A stretch of DNA of 15,256 bases from Nitrososphaerota archaeon (GTDB taxonomy: Archaea; Thermoproteota; Nitrososphaeria; Nitrososphaerales; UBA57): assembly GCA_013378385.1 (NCBI GenBank), contig JACAFS010000023.1, positions 1-15,256 on the forward strand. The letters are read 5' to 3'. Positions within the stretch are counted from its first letter, which is position 1; each line of letters opens with the position of its first letter. The notes beneath the pieces were generated by a model. The model worked only from the letters and a program-made list of their open reading frames with translations. It made no database searches and was not told the origin of the DNA. Positions 6,689 to 15,175 of this stretch are shown here, in pieces. The position numbers and the translations under genes were made by a program.

Positions 6689-6994
6689 TTGCCTGCAAAA
6701 AAGAAAGTTACTTCAAAAAAGGAACCAAAGAAAGTTGCTCCAAAGGAAGAAACTCAAGAGTACGATGCTACTCTTCATGTTTTATCCCCTAAACATGAGA
6801 AACTTTCTGACGTTGAAATTACAGAATTATTAAAGACCTTTAATGTTGAATATGCTAAACTTCCAAAAATATCTTTATCTGATCCATCAATTGAAAATCT
6901 TGAAGAAGTTAAGTTAGGCGATGTAATAAAAATAACAAGACCCAGTCCAACAAGTGGCACTACTGTCTACTATAGAATGGTGATTGATCAATAA
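6689..6994 (+). CDS. rpoH: DNA-directed RNA polymerase subunit H (Rpo5, Rpb5 C-terminal domain homologue) with a Lys-rich N-terminal extension
   Basis: The C-terminal ~70 aa fit RpoH (HVLSPKHEKLSDVEITELL, LPKISLSDP, GDVIKITRPSPTSG..YYRMV). It sits directly upstream of rpoB with a TAATG stop/start overlap at 6992-6996. TTG6689 is the first codon after an in-frame TAG. There is no in-frame ATG before residue 97. Confidence 0.85.
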   Translation: MPAKKKVTSKKEPKKVAPKEETQEYDATLHVLSPKHEKLSDVEITELLKTFNVEYAKLPKISLSDPSIENLEEVKLGDVIKITRPSPTSGTTVYYRMVIDQ

Positions 6995-9900
6995 TGAGTT
7001 CAGTACCGAATGAAAATTGGGCAATCATTGAAAACATGATTAAAAAAGAAGGAATCGCTAGTCATCATCTTAATTCTTATAATGAATTTCTTGATCATGG
7101 AATACAAGATATTATCGATGAGGTCGGTGGCATTGATGTTGAAACAACTGGTACCCCATACCGTGTATCTTTTGGCAAAATCTTTATCGGCGAACCACGA
7201 TCTGTTGAGTTAGACGGTTCAACAAGTAGAATTCTTCCACTTGAAACACGATTACGTGATCTTGCTTATTCTGCTCCTATTCATCTTGAAATGACCGTTG
7301 AGGAAAATGGTATAGCTAGAGAAACACAAAAGCATCATATTGGCGATATTCCTATTATGATTAGATCTGCTAAGTGCGAAACAAGTAAAATGGCCGAAAA
7401 ACAAATGATTGAAAAAGGCGAAGACCCATTGGACCCTGGAGGTTATTTTATCGTCAATGGCTCGGAACGTATTATTGTTGGACTAGAAGATCTTTCTCCA
7501 AACAAAATTATTGTTGAAAAAGATAAAGTTGGTGGAAATATAGTCCATCGTTCAAAAATTTATTCATCTATTGTTGGCTATCGTGCGAAACTTGAATTGA
7601 CTCTGAAAGCCGATGGCGCAATCATGGTCAAACTTCCAAGTTCTCCTGTAGACTTGCCCATAGTAACATTGATTCGTGCTCTTGGAATTGAAAATGATAG
7701 AGAAATTGCATCTTTAATTTCAAACCAAAACCAAGTTCACAACCTTCTAGAAATTACTTTTGAAAAAGCAGTTCTTGATAGAGATACTCACTGTAATGTT
7801 TGTAAAGTCTGCGGACTTAGAATATTAGAAAAAGCAAAAGATCAGACTCAAGAAGAATTTGATAAAGAAAACCCTGATTATGAAAATTGTGGTCATGACG
7901 AAGTCTGTGGAAAACTAGGAGATTGTAGTCATAAAGCTCTTATGTATATTGGTAATCGTGTTGCTCATGGTATGCTTGATGAATTCCGTATCAGAAAAGC
8001 CGAATCTATTCTTGATTGGGGTCTTTTACCGCACTTGGGTAAAGAGCGAGAAAATCGATACGATAAGGCTATATTTATTGGCGAAGCTGTTTGTAAACTT
8101 CTAGAACTTCGTATGAATTGGATTAATCAAGACGACAAGGACCATTATGGAAATAAAATTGTTAAATTTGCAGGTCCAATGATTGCAGATCTATTTAGAA
8201 CTGCTTTTCGTAATTTAATTCGTGATATGAAATATCAACTAGAACGTACTTCTCATCGAAAAGGCTCAAATATCGTTGGTGCATCTATTCGTCCTGGCAT
8301 TATTACTGATAAACTCGCTAATGCAGTAGCTACTGGTAATTGGGGTAGAGGCAAAGTTGGCGTTACTCAGCTACTTGATCGTACTAATTATTTGTCATTA
8401 CTTAGTCATCTTCGTCGTATTCAATCACCTTTAAGTCGTACACAACCAAACTTTGAAGCACGAGATTTACATTCAACTCATTATGGCAGGATCTGTCCAA
8501 GTGAAACGCCCGAAGGCGCAAATTGTGGTTTGGTGAAAAATATTGCCCTTTCTTCTGTTATCTCTGTCTCTTCTTCTTTTGAAGATATAATTGATAAATT
8601 AACTCAAATTGGTATAGTGCCTTCTAGAGATATTTCTATGGAAGATCGAAGTCGCTTCTGTAAAATATTTGTAGATGGACGTCTTATAGGTTATACTAAA
8701 GATGAAAACAAACTTGTTACTTCATTTCGTAATATGAGGAGGCAAGGACAAATTCATTCTCATGCAAGTATCAATCTCCAAAAATACCCAAATAAAAATG
8801 CATCTACTCGTATACATGTTTCATTAAGTTCTGGCAGAGTTCTTAGACCTCTTATAGTTGTATCCAATGGGCAACCACTTGTTAATCATGATGTCGTTTC
8901 CAGAACTCAAAATGGTGAATTAAGTTGGCAAGACCTGATACACATGGGTGTAGTTGATCTTCTTGACGCTAATGAAGAAGAAAATGCTTTAGTAGCAATT
9001 GATGGCACTACTGAATTCAGTAATGAACATACTCATGTAGAATTATTCTCATCTTCTATTTTAGGTGCTGCTGCATCACTCATTCCTTATGCAGAACACA
9101 ATCAGTCTCCAAGAAATACATATCAATCTGCTATGTCTAAACAATCATTAGGATTTCCAACACCTAATTATAATTATAATACAACTGTCCGAGAACATCT
9201 TCTCGTATATCCACAAAATCAATTAGTTAAAACCCGTGCAACATCTCTCTTGAATATTGATAAACGTCCTACTGGACAAAATTGTGTTGTCGCTGTCATG
9301 TCATATGAAGGTTATAATATTGAAGACGCTATAGTTATGAATAAATCGTCTGTTCAGCGAGGCCTTGCTCGTTCATTCTTTTATCGTCTATATGATGCAG
9401 AAGCTAAACAATATCTGGGCGGTATGAAAGATAATTTTGAGATTCCTAAATCTGATGAAAATACTCGTGGTTATAGAGGTGAAAAATACTATCGATTACT
9501 TGAAAGTGATGGAATAATCATGCATGAATCAGTAGTCTCTGGCGGCGACGTTATTATCGGAAGAACTAGTCCACCCCGATTTATGGAAGAATACAAAGCA
9601 TTTGATATGACAGGACCATATCGACGTGATACTTCTATTGCAGTACGTCCTTCTGAATTCGGCGTTGTTGATTCAGTATTCATGACCCAAAACGAAGACG
9701 GAGAAAAATTATATAAAATTCGTGTTAGAGACATGCGTATTCCTGAAATTGGTGATAAATTTGCTTCACGACATGGACAAAAAGGAATTGTTGGTTTATT
9801 AGTTAATCAAGAAGATATGCCATATACTGAATCTGGAATTGTTCCTGACATTATTATTAATCCACATGCATTCCCATCTAGAATGACTGTTGGACAGTTT

Positions 9901-10488
9901 ATCGAATCTATCGGTGGAAAAGCTGCTTCATTTCGTGGTACTCCTGTTGACGGTTCAACTTTTGCAGGAGAAAATGCTGACGATTTAGGAAATAAATTAA
10001 AAGAATACGGTTTCGAATCTAGTGGTTCTGAAATTATGTATGATGGAAAAACTGGTAAGAAACTCAAAGTGGAAATTTTTATCGGAATAGTTTACTACCA
10101 AAAACTTCATCACATGGTTGCTGATAAAATGCACGCTCGTGCACGTGGTCAAGTACAAATGCTTACTAAACAACCTACTGAAGGACGAGCTCGTGGAGGC
10201 GGTCTAAGATTCGGCGAAATGGAACGAGATTGTCTTATTGCATATGGCGCTTCTATGGTTCTTAAAGACCGGTTATTAGACGAATCAGATAAAACTAATG
10301 TTAATGTTTGCGATCATTGTGGTTTGCTTGCATATTATGATGGACAACAAAGAAAATATACATGTAAAATTGACGGAGAAGACGCACAAATCTCTAGTGT
10401 TACTATTGCTTATGCTTTTAAATTATTATTACAAGAAATGATGAGTCTTAACATTGCCCCAAGATTACTTTTAGAGGATAAAGTGTAA
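6994..10488 (+). CDS. rpoB: DNA-directed RNA polymerase subunit B (Rpo2), unsplit
   Basis: 1164-codon ORF with conserved blocks GYFIVNGSERIIV, HYGRICPSETPEGANCGLVKN, SRHGQKGI, GEMERDCLIAYGA, and a C-terminal zinc-ribbon region. Confidence 0.98.
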   Translation: MSSVPNENWAIIENMIKKEGIASHHLNSYNEFLDHGIQDIIDEVGGIDVETTGTPYRVSFGKIFIGEPRSVELDGSTSRILPLETRLRDLAYSAPIHLEMTVEENGIARETQKHHIGDIPIMIRSAKCETSKMAEKQMIEKGEDPLDPGGYFIVNGSERIIVGLEDLSPNKIIVEKDKVGGNIVHRSKIYSSIVGYRAKLELTLKADGAIMVKLPSSPVDLPIVTLIRALGIENDREIASLISNQNQVHNLLEITFEKAVLDRDTHCNVCKVCGLRILEKAKDQTQEEFDKENPDYENCGHDEVCGKLGDCSHKALMYIGNRVAHGMLDEFRIRKAESILDWGLLPHLGKERENRYDKAIFIGEAVCKLLELRMNWINQDDKDHYGNKIVKFAGPMIADLFRTAFRNLIRDMKYQLERTSHRKGSNIVGASIRPGIITDKLANAVATGNWGRGKVGVTQLLDRTNYLSLLSHLRRIQSPLSRTQPNFEARDLHSTHYGRICPSETPEGANCGLVKNIALSSVISVSSSFEDIIDKLTQIGIVPSRDISMEDRSRFCKIFVDGRLIGYTKDENKLVTSFRNMRRQGQIHSHASINLQKYPNKNASTRIHVSLSSGRVLRPLIVVSNGQPLVNHDVVSRTQNGELSWQDLIHMGVVDLLDANEEENALVAIDGTTEFSNEHTHVELFSSSILGAAASLIPYAEHNQSPRNTYQSAMSKQSLGFPTPNYNYNTTVREHLLVYPQNQLVKTRATSLLNIDKRPTGQNCVVAVMSYEGYNIEDAIVMNKSSVQRGLARSFFYRLYDAEAKQYLGGMKDNFEIPKSDENTRGYRGEKYYRLLESDGIIMHESVVSGGDVIIGRTSPPRFMEEYKAFDMTGPYRRDTSIAVRPSEFGVVDSVFMTQNEDGEKLYKIRVRDMRIPEIGDKFASRHGQKGIVGLLVNQEDMPYTESGIVPDIIINPHAFPSRMTVGQFIESIGGKAASFRGTPVDGSTFAGENADDLGNKLKEYGFESSGSEIMYDGKTGKKLKVEIFIGIVYYQKLHHMVADKMHARARGQVQMLTKQPTEGRARGGGLRFGEMERDCLIAYGASMVLKDRLLDESDKTNVNVCDHCGLLAYYDGQQRKYTCKIDGEDAQISSVTIAYAFKLLLQEMMSLNIAPRLLLEDKV

Positions 10489-10492
10489 TAAC

Positions 10493-13400
10493 ATGACCCC
10501 TGAAAATCTTAAAGAAATTGGCGGAATACGTTTCTCAATATTGTCTCCTAGTGAAGTGAGAAAATACTCAGTTACAGAAATTACTGCTCCAGAAACTTAT
10601 GATGAAGACGGAATGCCTGTTCAAGGAGGTTTAATGGATAATCGATTGGGTACGCTTGAACCTGGACAAAAATGTGCAACTTGTGGTAATACTGCTTTAA
10701 GATGTCCTGGCCATTTTGGCCACATTGAACTTGCAGAACCTGTTTTACATATTGCATTTGCCGAAGAAGTGAACAAACTACTACATTCATTCTGTCGTGT
10801 TTGCGGACGATTTAAAATGTTAACTGAAGAAGTTGAAAGCTTCAAAACAAAAATTGCAGAAGAATCTAAATTCAATCCTAAAGTTCGTGATAAAATTGCT
10901 AAACAATTATTCATGAAAACTAAGAAAATTATGCTATGCCCACACTGTGGCACTGAACAGTATAAAGTTGAGTTTTTAAAACCTACAATATTTCATGAAA
11001 TTACTGAATCTGGAGGAGCTACTCGTCTTCTTCCTAATGCTATTCGTGAAAGATTAGAACGTATAACTGACGATGATATGAGCCTAATTAATTACAATCC
11101 TAAATCAGTCAGACCTGAATGGTTTGTTTTACAAGTATTAGGCGTTCCTCCTGTTGTTGTTAGACCTTCTATAACTCTAGAAACAGGAATTCGTTCCGAG
11201 GACGATTTAACTCATAAGATTGTTGATATTCTTCGTGTTAATCAACGTGTGCGTGAAAGTAAAGAATCAGGAACTCCTCCTCTTATCGTACAAGATCTAG
11301 TTGATTTATTGCAATATCATGTTACTACTTTCTTCGATAATGAAGTTTCAGGAATTCCTCAATCTCATCACCGTTCTGGCAGACCATTAAAAACAATTAG
11401 CCAACGATTAAAAGGAAAAGAAGGTCGATTCCGAGGTAGTCTATCTGGCAAACGTGTTGATTTTTCTGCTCGAACTGTTATTTCACCTGATCCTTCTTTG
11501 GACATATCTGAAGTTGGCGTTCCTGTCCAAGTTGCAAAAAGACTTTCAATTCCTGAGAAATATTCAAAACTCAATGCTAAATTCCTTAATGAATTAGTTC
11601 TGAATGGTTCTGACGTCCACCCTGGTGCAAATTATGTTATAAGACCAGATGGTGTCAAAATTAGATTGGATTATGTTGAAGATAAACAAGCATTGGTTGA
11701 TAGTTTAGAGGATGGATTTGTTATTGAACGTCATTTGATTGATGGAGATATTGTAATATTTAATCGACAACCATCATTACACCGCATGTCTGTTATGGGA
11801 CATCAAGTTCGTGTCCTTCCATATCGTACATTTAGATTACACCCTGCAGTTTGCCCTCCTTATAATGCTGATTTTGATGGAGATGAAATGAATCTACATG
11901 TTCCTCAAAGTGCAGAATCTCGTGCAGAAGCATTAACTCTCATGATGGTCCATAATCAAATAGTTTCACCACGATATGGCGGTCCTATAATTGGCGGAAC
12001 TCGTGATTATATTTCTGCTGGATATCTATTAACACATGAAGATACTCTTCTTGAAGCCGATGAATTCTCAGATCTTGCATTAACTGGCGGCTATATTGGT
12101 CCATTACCTAAACCTGTTAAATCTAATCCTCCATTATATAATGGCAAACAATTATTTTCTTTATTCTTACCTGATGATTTTAATTATAAACTCTCTTCTA
12201 AATGGGGTCGAGCAAAAGGTCTCACAAATGACGTTCTAATAAAAGATGGACAATTAATTACTGGTCTTATTGATAGAGCTGCAATTGGATCCGAAGAACC
12301 TGATTCTATTCTTCATAGAATTAGTAAAGATTATGGTTCCGAAGAGGCGCGTAAGTTTCTTAATTCTGTATTAACAGTTCTTAGATCATACATTAGTAAT
12401 CGGGGTTTCTCTTTAAGTTATAAAGAATTAACTCTTGATAAAGCAGCAGAAAAAAAGGTCTTTAAAAATATTAGCGATTCTTATGTTAATGTTGATGCAT
12501 TAATTACTAAATCTGAAAATGGTGAATTAGTTAGTGCTAGAGGCATGTCTGACGCCGAGGCATTAGAAGCCCATATTGTTCATGAATTATCGAAAGCAAG
12601 AGATAAAGCTGGAAGGGTTTCTGATACTGCATTGTTTGATGATAATTCTGGAGTAATTATGGCAAGAACTGGAGCTAGAGGTTCTAGTCTAAATCTTGGA
12701 CAGATGACTGCCGCATTAGGACAACAGTCAGTAAGAGGAAAACGTATTCAGAATGGGTTTAATCAACGCGCTTTAAGCCATTTCAAGAAAGGAGATATGT
12801 CTCCTGATGCTAAAGGATTTGTAAAATCAAATTATCGTACAGGACTTACTCCTACTGAATTCTTTTTCCATGCTATGGGAGGACGTGAAGGATTAGTAGA
12901 TACTGCTGTAAGAACTCAACAAAGTGGTTACATGCAACGTAGATTGATTAATGCATTAGAACATATTCGCGTTGAATATGATCGAACTGTTCGTGACCCT
13001 CACGGAAATATTATTCAATTCCTATATGGCGAAGATGGAATAGACCCTGCAAAAAGTGATCATGGAGACGCCGTTAATATTAGTAGGCAGGTTGACATAT
13101 CTATGATTGATAATACTTCCAAATCCAAATCTGACCCTAAAAAAATCGATTCTATTCTTAAACCTTATAAATCTAAATTCAACGAAAAAGTTCTTGAAGA
13201 CTTGACAGATTCATTTTCTAATAATGATATCACTGAATCTGGTATGAAAAGTGTTGCAAAGAAGACATTAGAATTAACTAATAAAGCCTTAGTAGAGCCT
13301 GGAGAAGCTAGTGGAATAGTTGCCGCTCAATCAATTGGCGAACCTGGCACTCAGATGACTCTTAGAACATTCCACTTTGCAGGAGTTCAAGAAAAAGATG

Positions 13401-14272
13401 TAACTCTTGGTTTACCAAGATTGATTGAATTAGTTGACGCCCGAAAAGTTCCTTCTAAACCTTCTATGGATATTTATCTTAAAGCAGCCCATAACAAAAC
13501 CTCCGAAAAAGCACGAGAAATTGGTAAAAAGATTCTCTACACAACTGTAATGGATTTAGTCTCACAAACTGAAGTTGATTATATTGAAGGTATAAAACTT
13601 AAATTCGAATCTGATACTCTGAATGATTTCGGTATTACACTAGACCATCTTGGGGAAATTATTGAATTAGGATCTAAACGCGACATCAAAGTAGACCATA
13701 GAAATACATCTGTTATGGTTATTGTAGAAGATACTGATGCATCAACCTTATTCGCATTACGAAATAAATTACTTGGTCTTCGTGTAGCTGGAATTAAAGA
13801 TATTAAGAATCTTACTATTGTAAAGAAAGATTCTGAATGGATTATCCAAACATCAGGTTCTAATCTTGGTAAAGTCTTTAAAATTCCTGGAGTTGATACA
13901 ACTCGTACAACTACAAATAACATCTGGGAAATTGCAGCGGTTATTGGAATAGAGGCTGCAAGATCGACACTGATTAATGAAATTACGCATACTCTTGATG
14001 AACAAGGACTTGAAGTTGATATTAGACATATAGTTCTTGTATCTGATTTAATGTCATCTACTGGTGTATTGAAATCTATTGGCAGACATGGAATTGCTGG
14101 TACTAAAGAAAGTGTTCTTGCACGTGCCGCATTTGAAATTACTGTTCCTACTATTGCTAAAGCCTCAGTTACAGGTGAAATTGAACAACTCAAAGGCGTT
14201 ACTGAAAATGTAATTGTCGGATTACCTGTTCCAGTTGGTACTGGAATGATTCAATTATATATGAAAAGGTAG
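10493..14272 (+). CDS. rpoA: DNA-directed RNA polymerase subunit A (Rpo1), single unsplit gene covering A' and A''
   Basis: 1259-codon ORF. Zn motif CATCGNTALRCPGHFGH. Catalytic NADFDGDEMN at 11864-11893. Bridge helix GREGLVDTAVRTQQSGYMQRRL. A''-type VEPGEASGIVAAQSIGEPGTQMTLRTFHFAG. There is no stop or restart between the A'-like and A''-like parts. Confidence 0.98.
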   Translation: MTPENLKEIGGIRFSILSPSEVRKYSVTEITAPETYDEDGMPVQGGLMDNRLGTLEPGQKCATCGNTALRCPGHFGHIELAEPVLHIAFAEEVNKLLHSFCRVCGRFKMLTEEVESFKTKIAEESKFNPKVRDKIAKQLFMKTKKIMLCPHCGTEQYKVEFLKPTIFHEITESGGATRLLPNAIRERLERITDDDMSLINYNPKSVRPEWFVLQVLGVPPVVVRPSITLETGIRSEDDLTHKIVDILRVNQRVRESKESGTPPLIVQDLVDLLQYHVTTFFDNEVSGIPQSHHRSGRPLKTISQRLKGKEGRFRGSLSGKRVDFSARTVISPDPSLDISEVGVPVQVAKRLSIPEKYSKLNAKFLNELVLNGSDVHPGANYVIRPDGVKIRLDYVEDKQALVDSLEDGFVIERHLIDGDIVIFNRQPSLHRMSVMGHQVRVLPYRTFRLHPAVCPPYNADFDGDEMNLHVPQSAESRAEALTLMMVHNQIVSPRYGGPIIGGTRDYISAGYLLTHEDTLLEADEFSDLALTGGYIGPLPKPVKSNPPLYNGKQLFSLFLPDDFNYKLSSKWGRAKGLTNDVLIKDGQLITGLIDRAAIGSEEPDSILHRISKDYGSEEARKFLNSVLTVLRSYISNRGFSLSYKELTLDKAAEKKVFKNISDSYVNVDALITKSENGELVSARGMSDAEALEAHIVHELSKARDKAGRVSDTALFDDNSGVIMARTGARGSSLNLGQMTAALGQQSVRGKRIQNGFNQRALSHFKKGDMSPDAKGFVKSNYRTGLTPTEFFFHAMGGREGLVDTAVRTQQSGYMQRRLINALEHIRVEYDRTVRDPHGNIIQFLYGEDGIDPAKSDHGDAVNISRQVDISMIDNTSKSKSDPKKIDSILKPYKSKFNEKVLEDLTDSFSNNDITESGMKSVAKKTLELTNKALVEPGEASGIVAAQSIGEPGTQMTLRTFHFAGVQEKDVTLGLPRLIELVDARKVPSKPSMDIYLKAAHNKTSEKAREIGKKILYTTVMDLVSQTEVDYIEGIKLKFESDTLNDFGITLDHLGEIIELGSKRDIKVDHRNTSVMVIVEDTDASTLFALRNKLLGLRVAGIKDIKNLTIVKKDSEWIIQTSGSNLGKVFKIPGVDTTRTTTNNIWEIAAVIGIEAARSTLINEITHTLDEQGLEVDIRHIVLVSDLMSSTGVLKSIGRHGIAGTKESVLARAAFEITVPTIAKASVTGEIEQLKGVTENVIVGLPVPVGTGMIQLYMKR

Positions 14273-14277
14273 TTTGT

Positions 14278-14586
14278 ATGACAAGTTTAAAACCATTTGA
14301 AAAAACATTAAAAAATATTCGTAAAACCGGTAAAGTTGTATATGGATTTAAAGAAAGCCTTTCTTCATTAGATAATTCAAAATTAATTATTTGTTCATCA
14401 ACAATCTCCACTGAAAATCTTAATTTAATTGAAGAAAAATGCAAACACAACTCAATCACACTTATTACTACGGAGCAAAACTCAATTGGATTAAGTAAAA
14501 CACTTGGTTTAAATTATAGAATCTCAGTATTTTCAATTCTTGAAGCTGACGAGTCAGATTTAAATTTAATTTTAAGTAAATTATAA
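14278..14586 (+). CDS. rpl30e: 50S ribosomal protein L30e (eL30)
   Basis: 102-codon ORF with RKTGKVVYGFKESL and KLIICSS segments typical of L30e. It occupies the conserved position between rpoA and nusA. AAGGT lies 7 nt upstream of the ATG. Confidence 0.85.
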   Translation: MTSLKPFEKTLKNIRKTGKVVYGFKESLSSLDNSKLIICSSTISTENLNLIEEKCKHNSITLITTEQNSIGLSKTLGLNYRISVFSILEADESDLNLILSKL

Positions 14587-14643
14587 AATATTTTGTTAAT
14601 AGATAACATTAAAATATCATTATTATCAAATGTGAAATAATAA

Positions 14644-15099
14644 TTGCAAAAAAATAAACCAGAAACAATAAAGATTACGTCAGAAGCATTTAACTTAATG
14701 GCATTATTCCAGAAAGTTACCGGCGCTATGGCTCGTGATTGTTTAATTGATAATAAAGTTGGTCGCGTAATATTCTTAGTTAATAATGGTGAGATGGGCT
14801 TGGCAATAGGTAAAAATGGCCAGTCAATTAAAAGTATTCAAAAGTCAATTGGAAAAACCATTGAATTAGTTGAATATTCTGACGATCCTAAACAATTAAT
14901 TCTAAATGCATTAGATTCAAAATATGTGAATGATGTTAAAATTAATGAGAAATCTAACGGCCGAACAACTGCCACTATTAAAGTTGATTCATCAAAAACT
15001 GGAGCAATTGTTGGACGGGCTGGTAGAAATGCTGAAAAGGCTAGATTGATTGCTAAACGATATTTTGAAATCAATAATATAAAAATTACCAACGAATGA
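14644..15099 (+). CDS. nusA: Archaeal NusA-like transcription termination/antitermination factor (two KH domains)
   Basis: 151-codon ORF. N-terminal LMALFQKVTGAMARDC plus two KH GxxG motifs (LAIGKNGQSIKSI and AIVGRAGRNAEKARLI). Conserved position between rpl30e and rps12. The start is TTG14644, directly after an in-frame TAA. Confidence 0.85.
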   Translation: MQKNKPETIKITSEAFNLMALFQKVTGAMARDCLIDNKVGRVIFLVNNGEMGLAIGKNGQSIKSIQKSIGKTIELVEYSDDPKQLILNALDSKYVNDVKINEKSNGRTTATIKVDSSKTGAIVGRAGRNAEKARLIAKRYFEINNIKITNE

Positions 15100-15175
15100 A
15101 GGTTATGTTTAATAATTACATTATACTTTAATTAGAAAATATGTCAACGATCAATAATATATGGATGTACTGAAT

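Noticed and set aside
6775-6960. Minus-strand 61-aa ORF inside rpoH
   Set aside because: It is an antisense shadow within a conserved gene, with no independent support.
7771-7935. Intein or mobile insertion in rpoB
   Set aside because: About 55 aa is far too short for an intein. The Cys/Ser-start and His-Asn-end splicing motifs and any homing endonuclease blocks are absent. The frame is continuous and codon usage matches the host gene. I interpret it as a domain insertion instead.
9489-10067. Minus-strand ORFs 9489-9734 and 9807-10067 inside rpoB
   Set aside because: They are antisense to the most conserved part of RpoB, and their products have no motifs.
10581-11574. Minus-strand ORFs 10581-10790, 10621-10953 and 11368-11574 inside rpoA
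   Set aside because: They are antisense shadows of conserved Rpo1 regions and overlap one another in different frames.
13579-14459. Minus-strand ORFs 13579-14193 (204 aa) and 14199-14459 (86 aa)
   Set aside because: They are antisense to the A''-type part of rpoA and to rpl30e. The 204-aa product is Ser/Ile/Thr-rich with no motif. Its length is explained by the codon bias of the sense gene.
14838-15092. Minus-strand 84-aa ORF inside nusA
   Set aside because: It is an antisense shadow of a gene with clear KH motifs.
15161-15175. Upstream in-frame ATG (MDVLN-MGNKSP...) as the rps12 start
   Set aside because: Archaeal S12 proteins start right at the M-(S/G)-x-K-S-P motif, and the five extra residues have no counterpart. 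It is kept only as an alternative.
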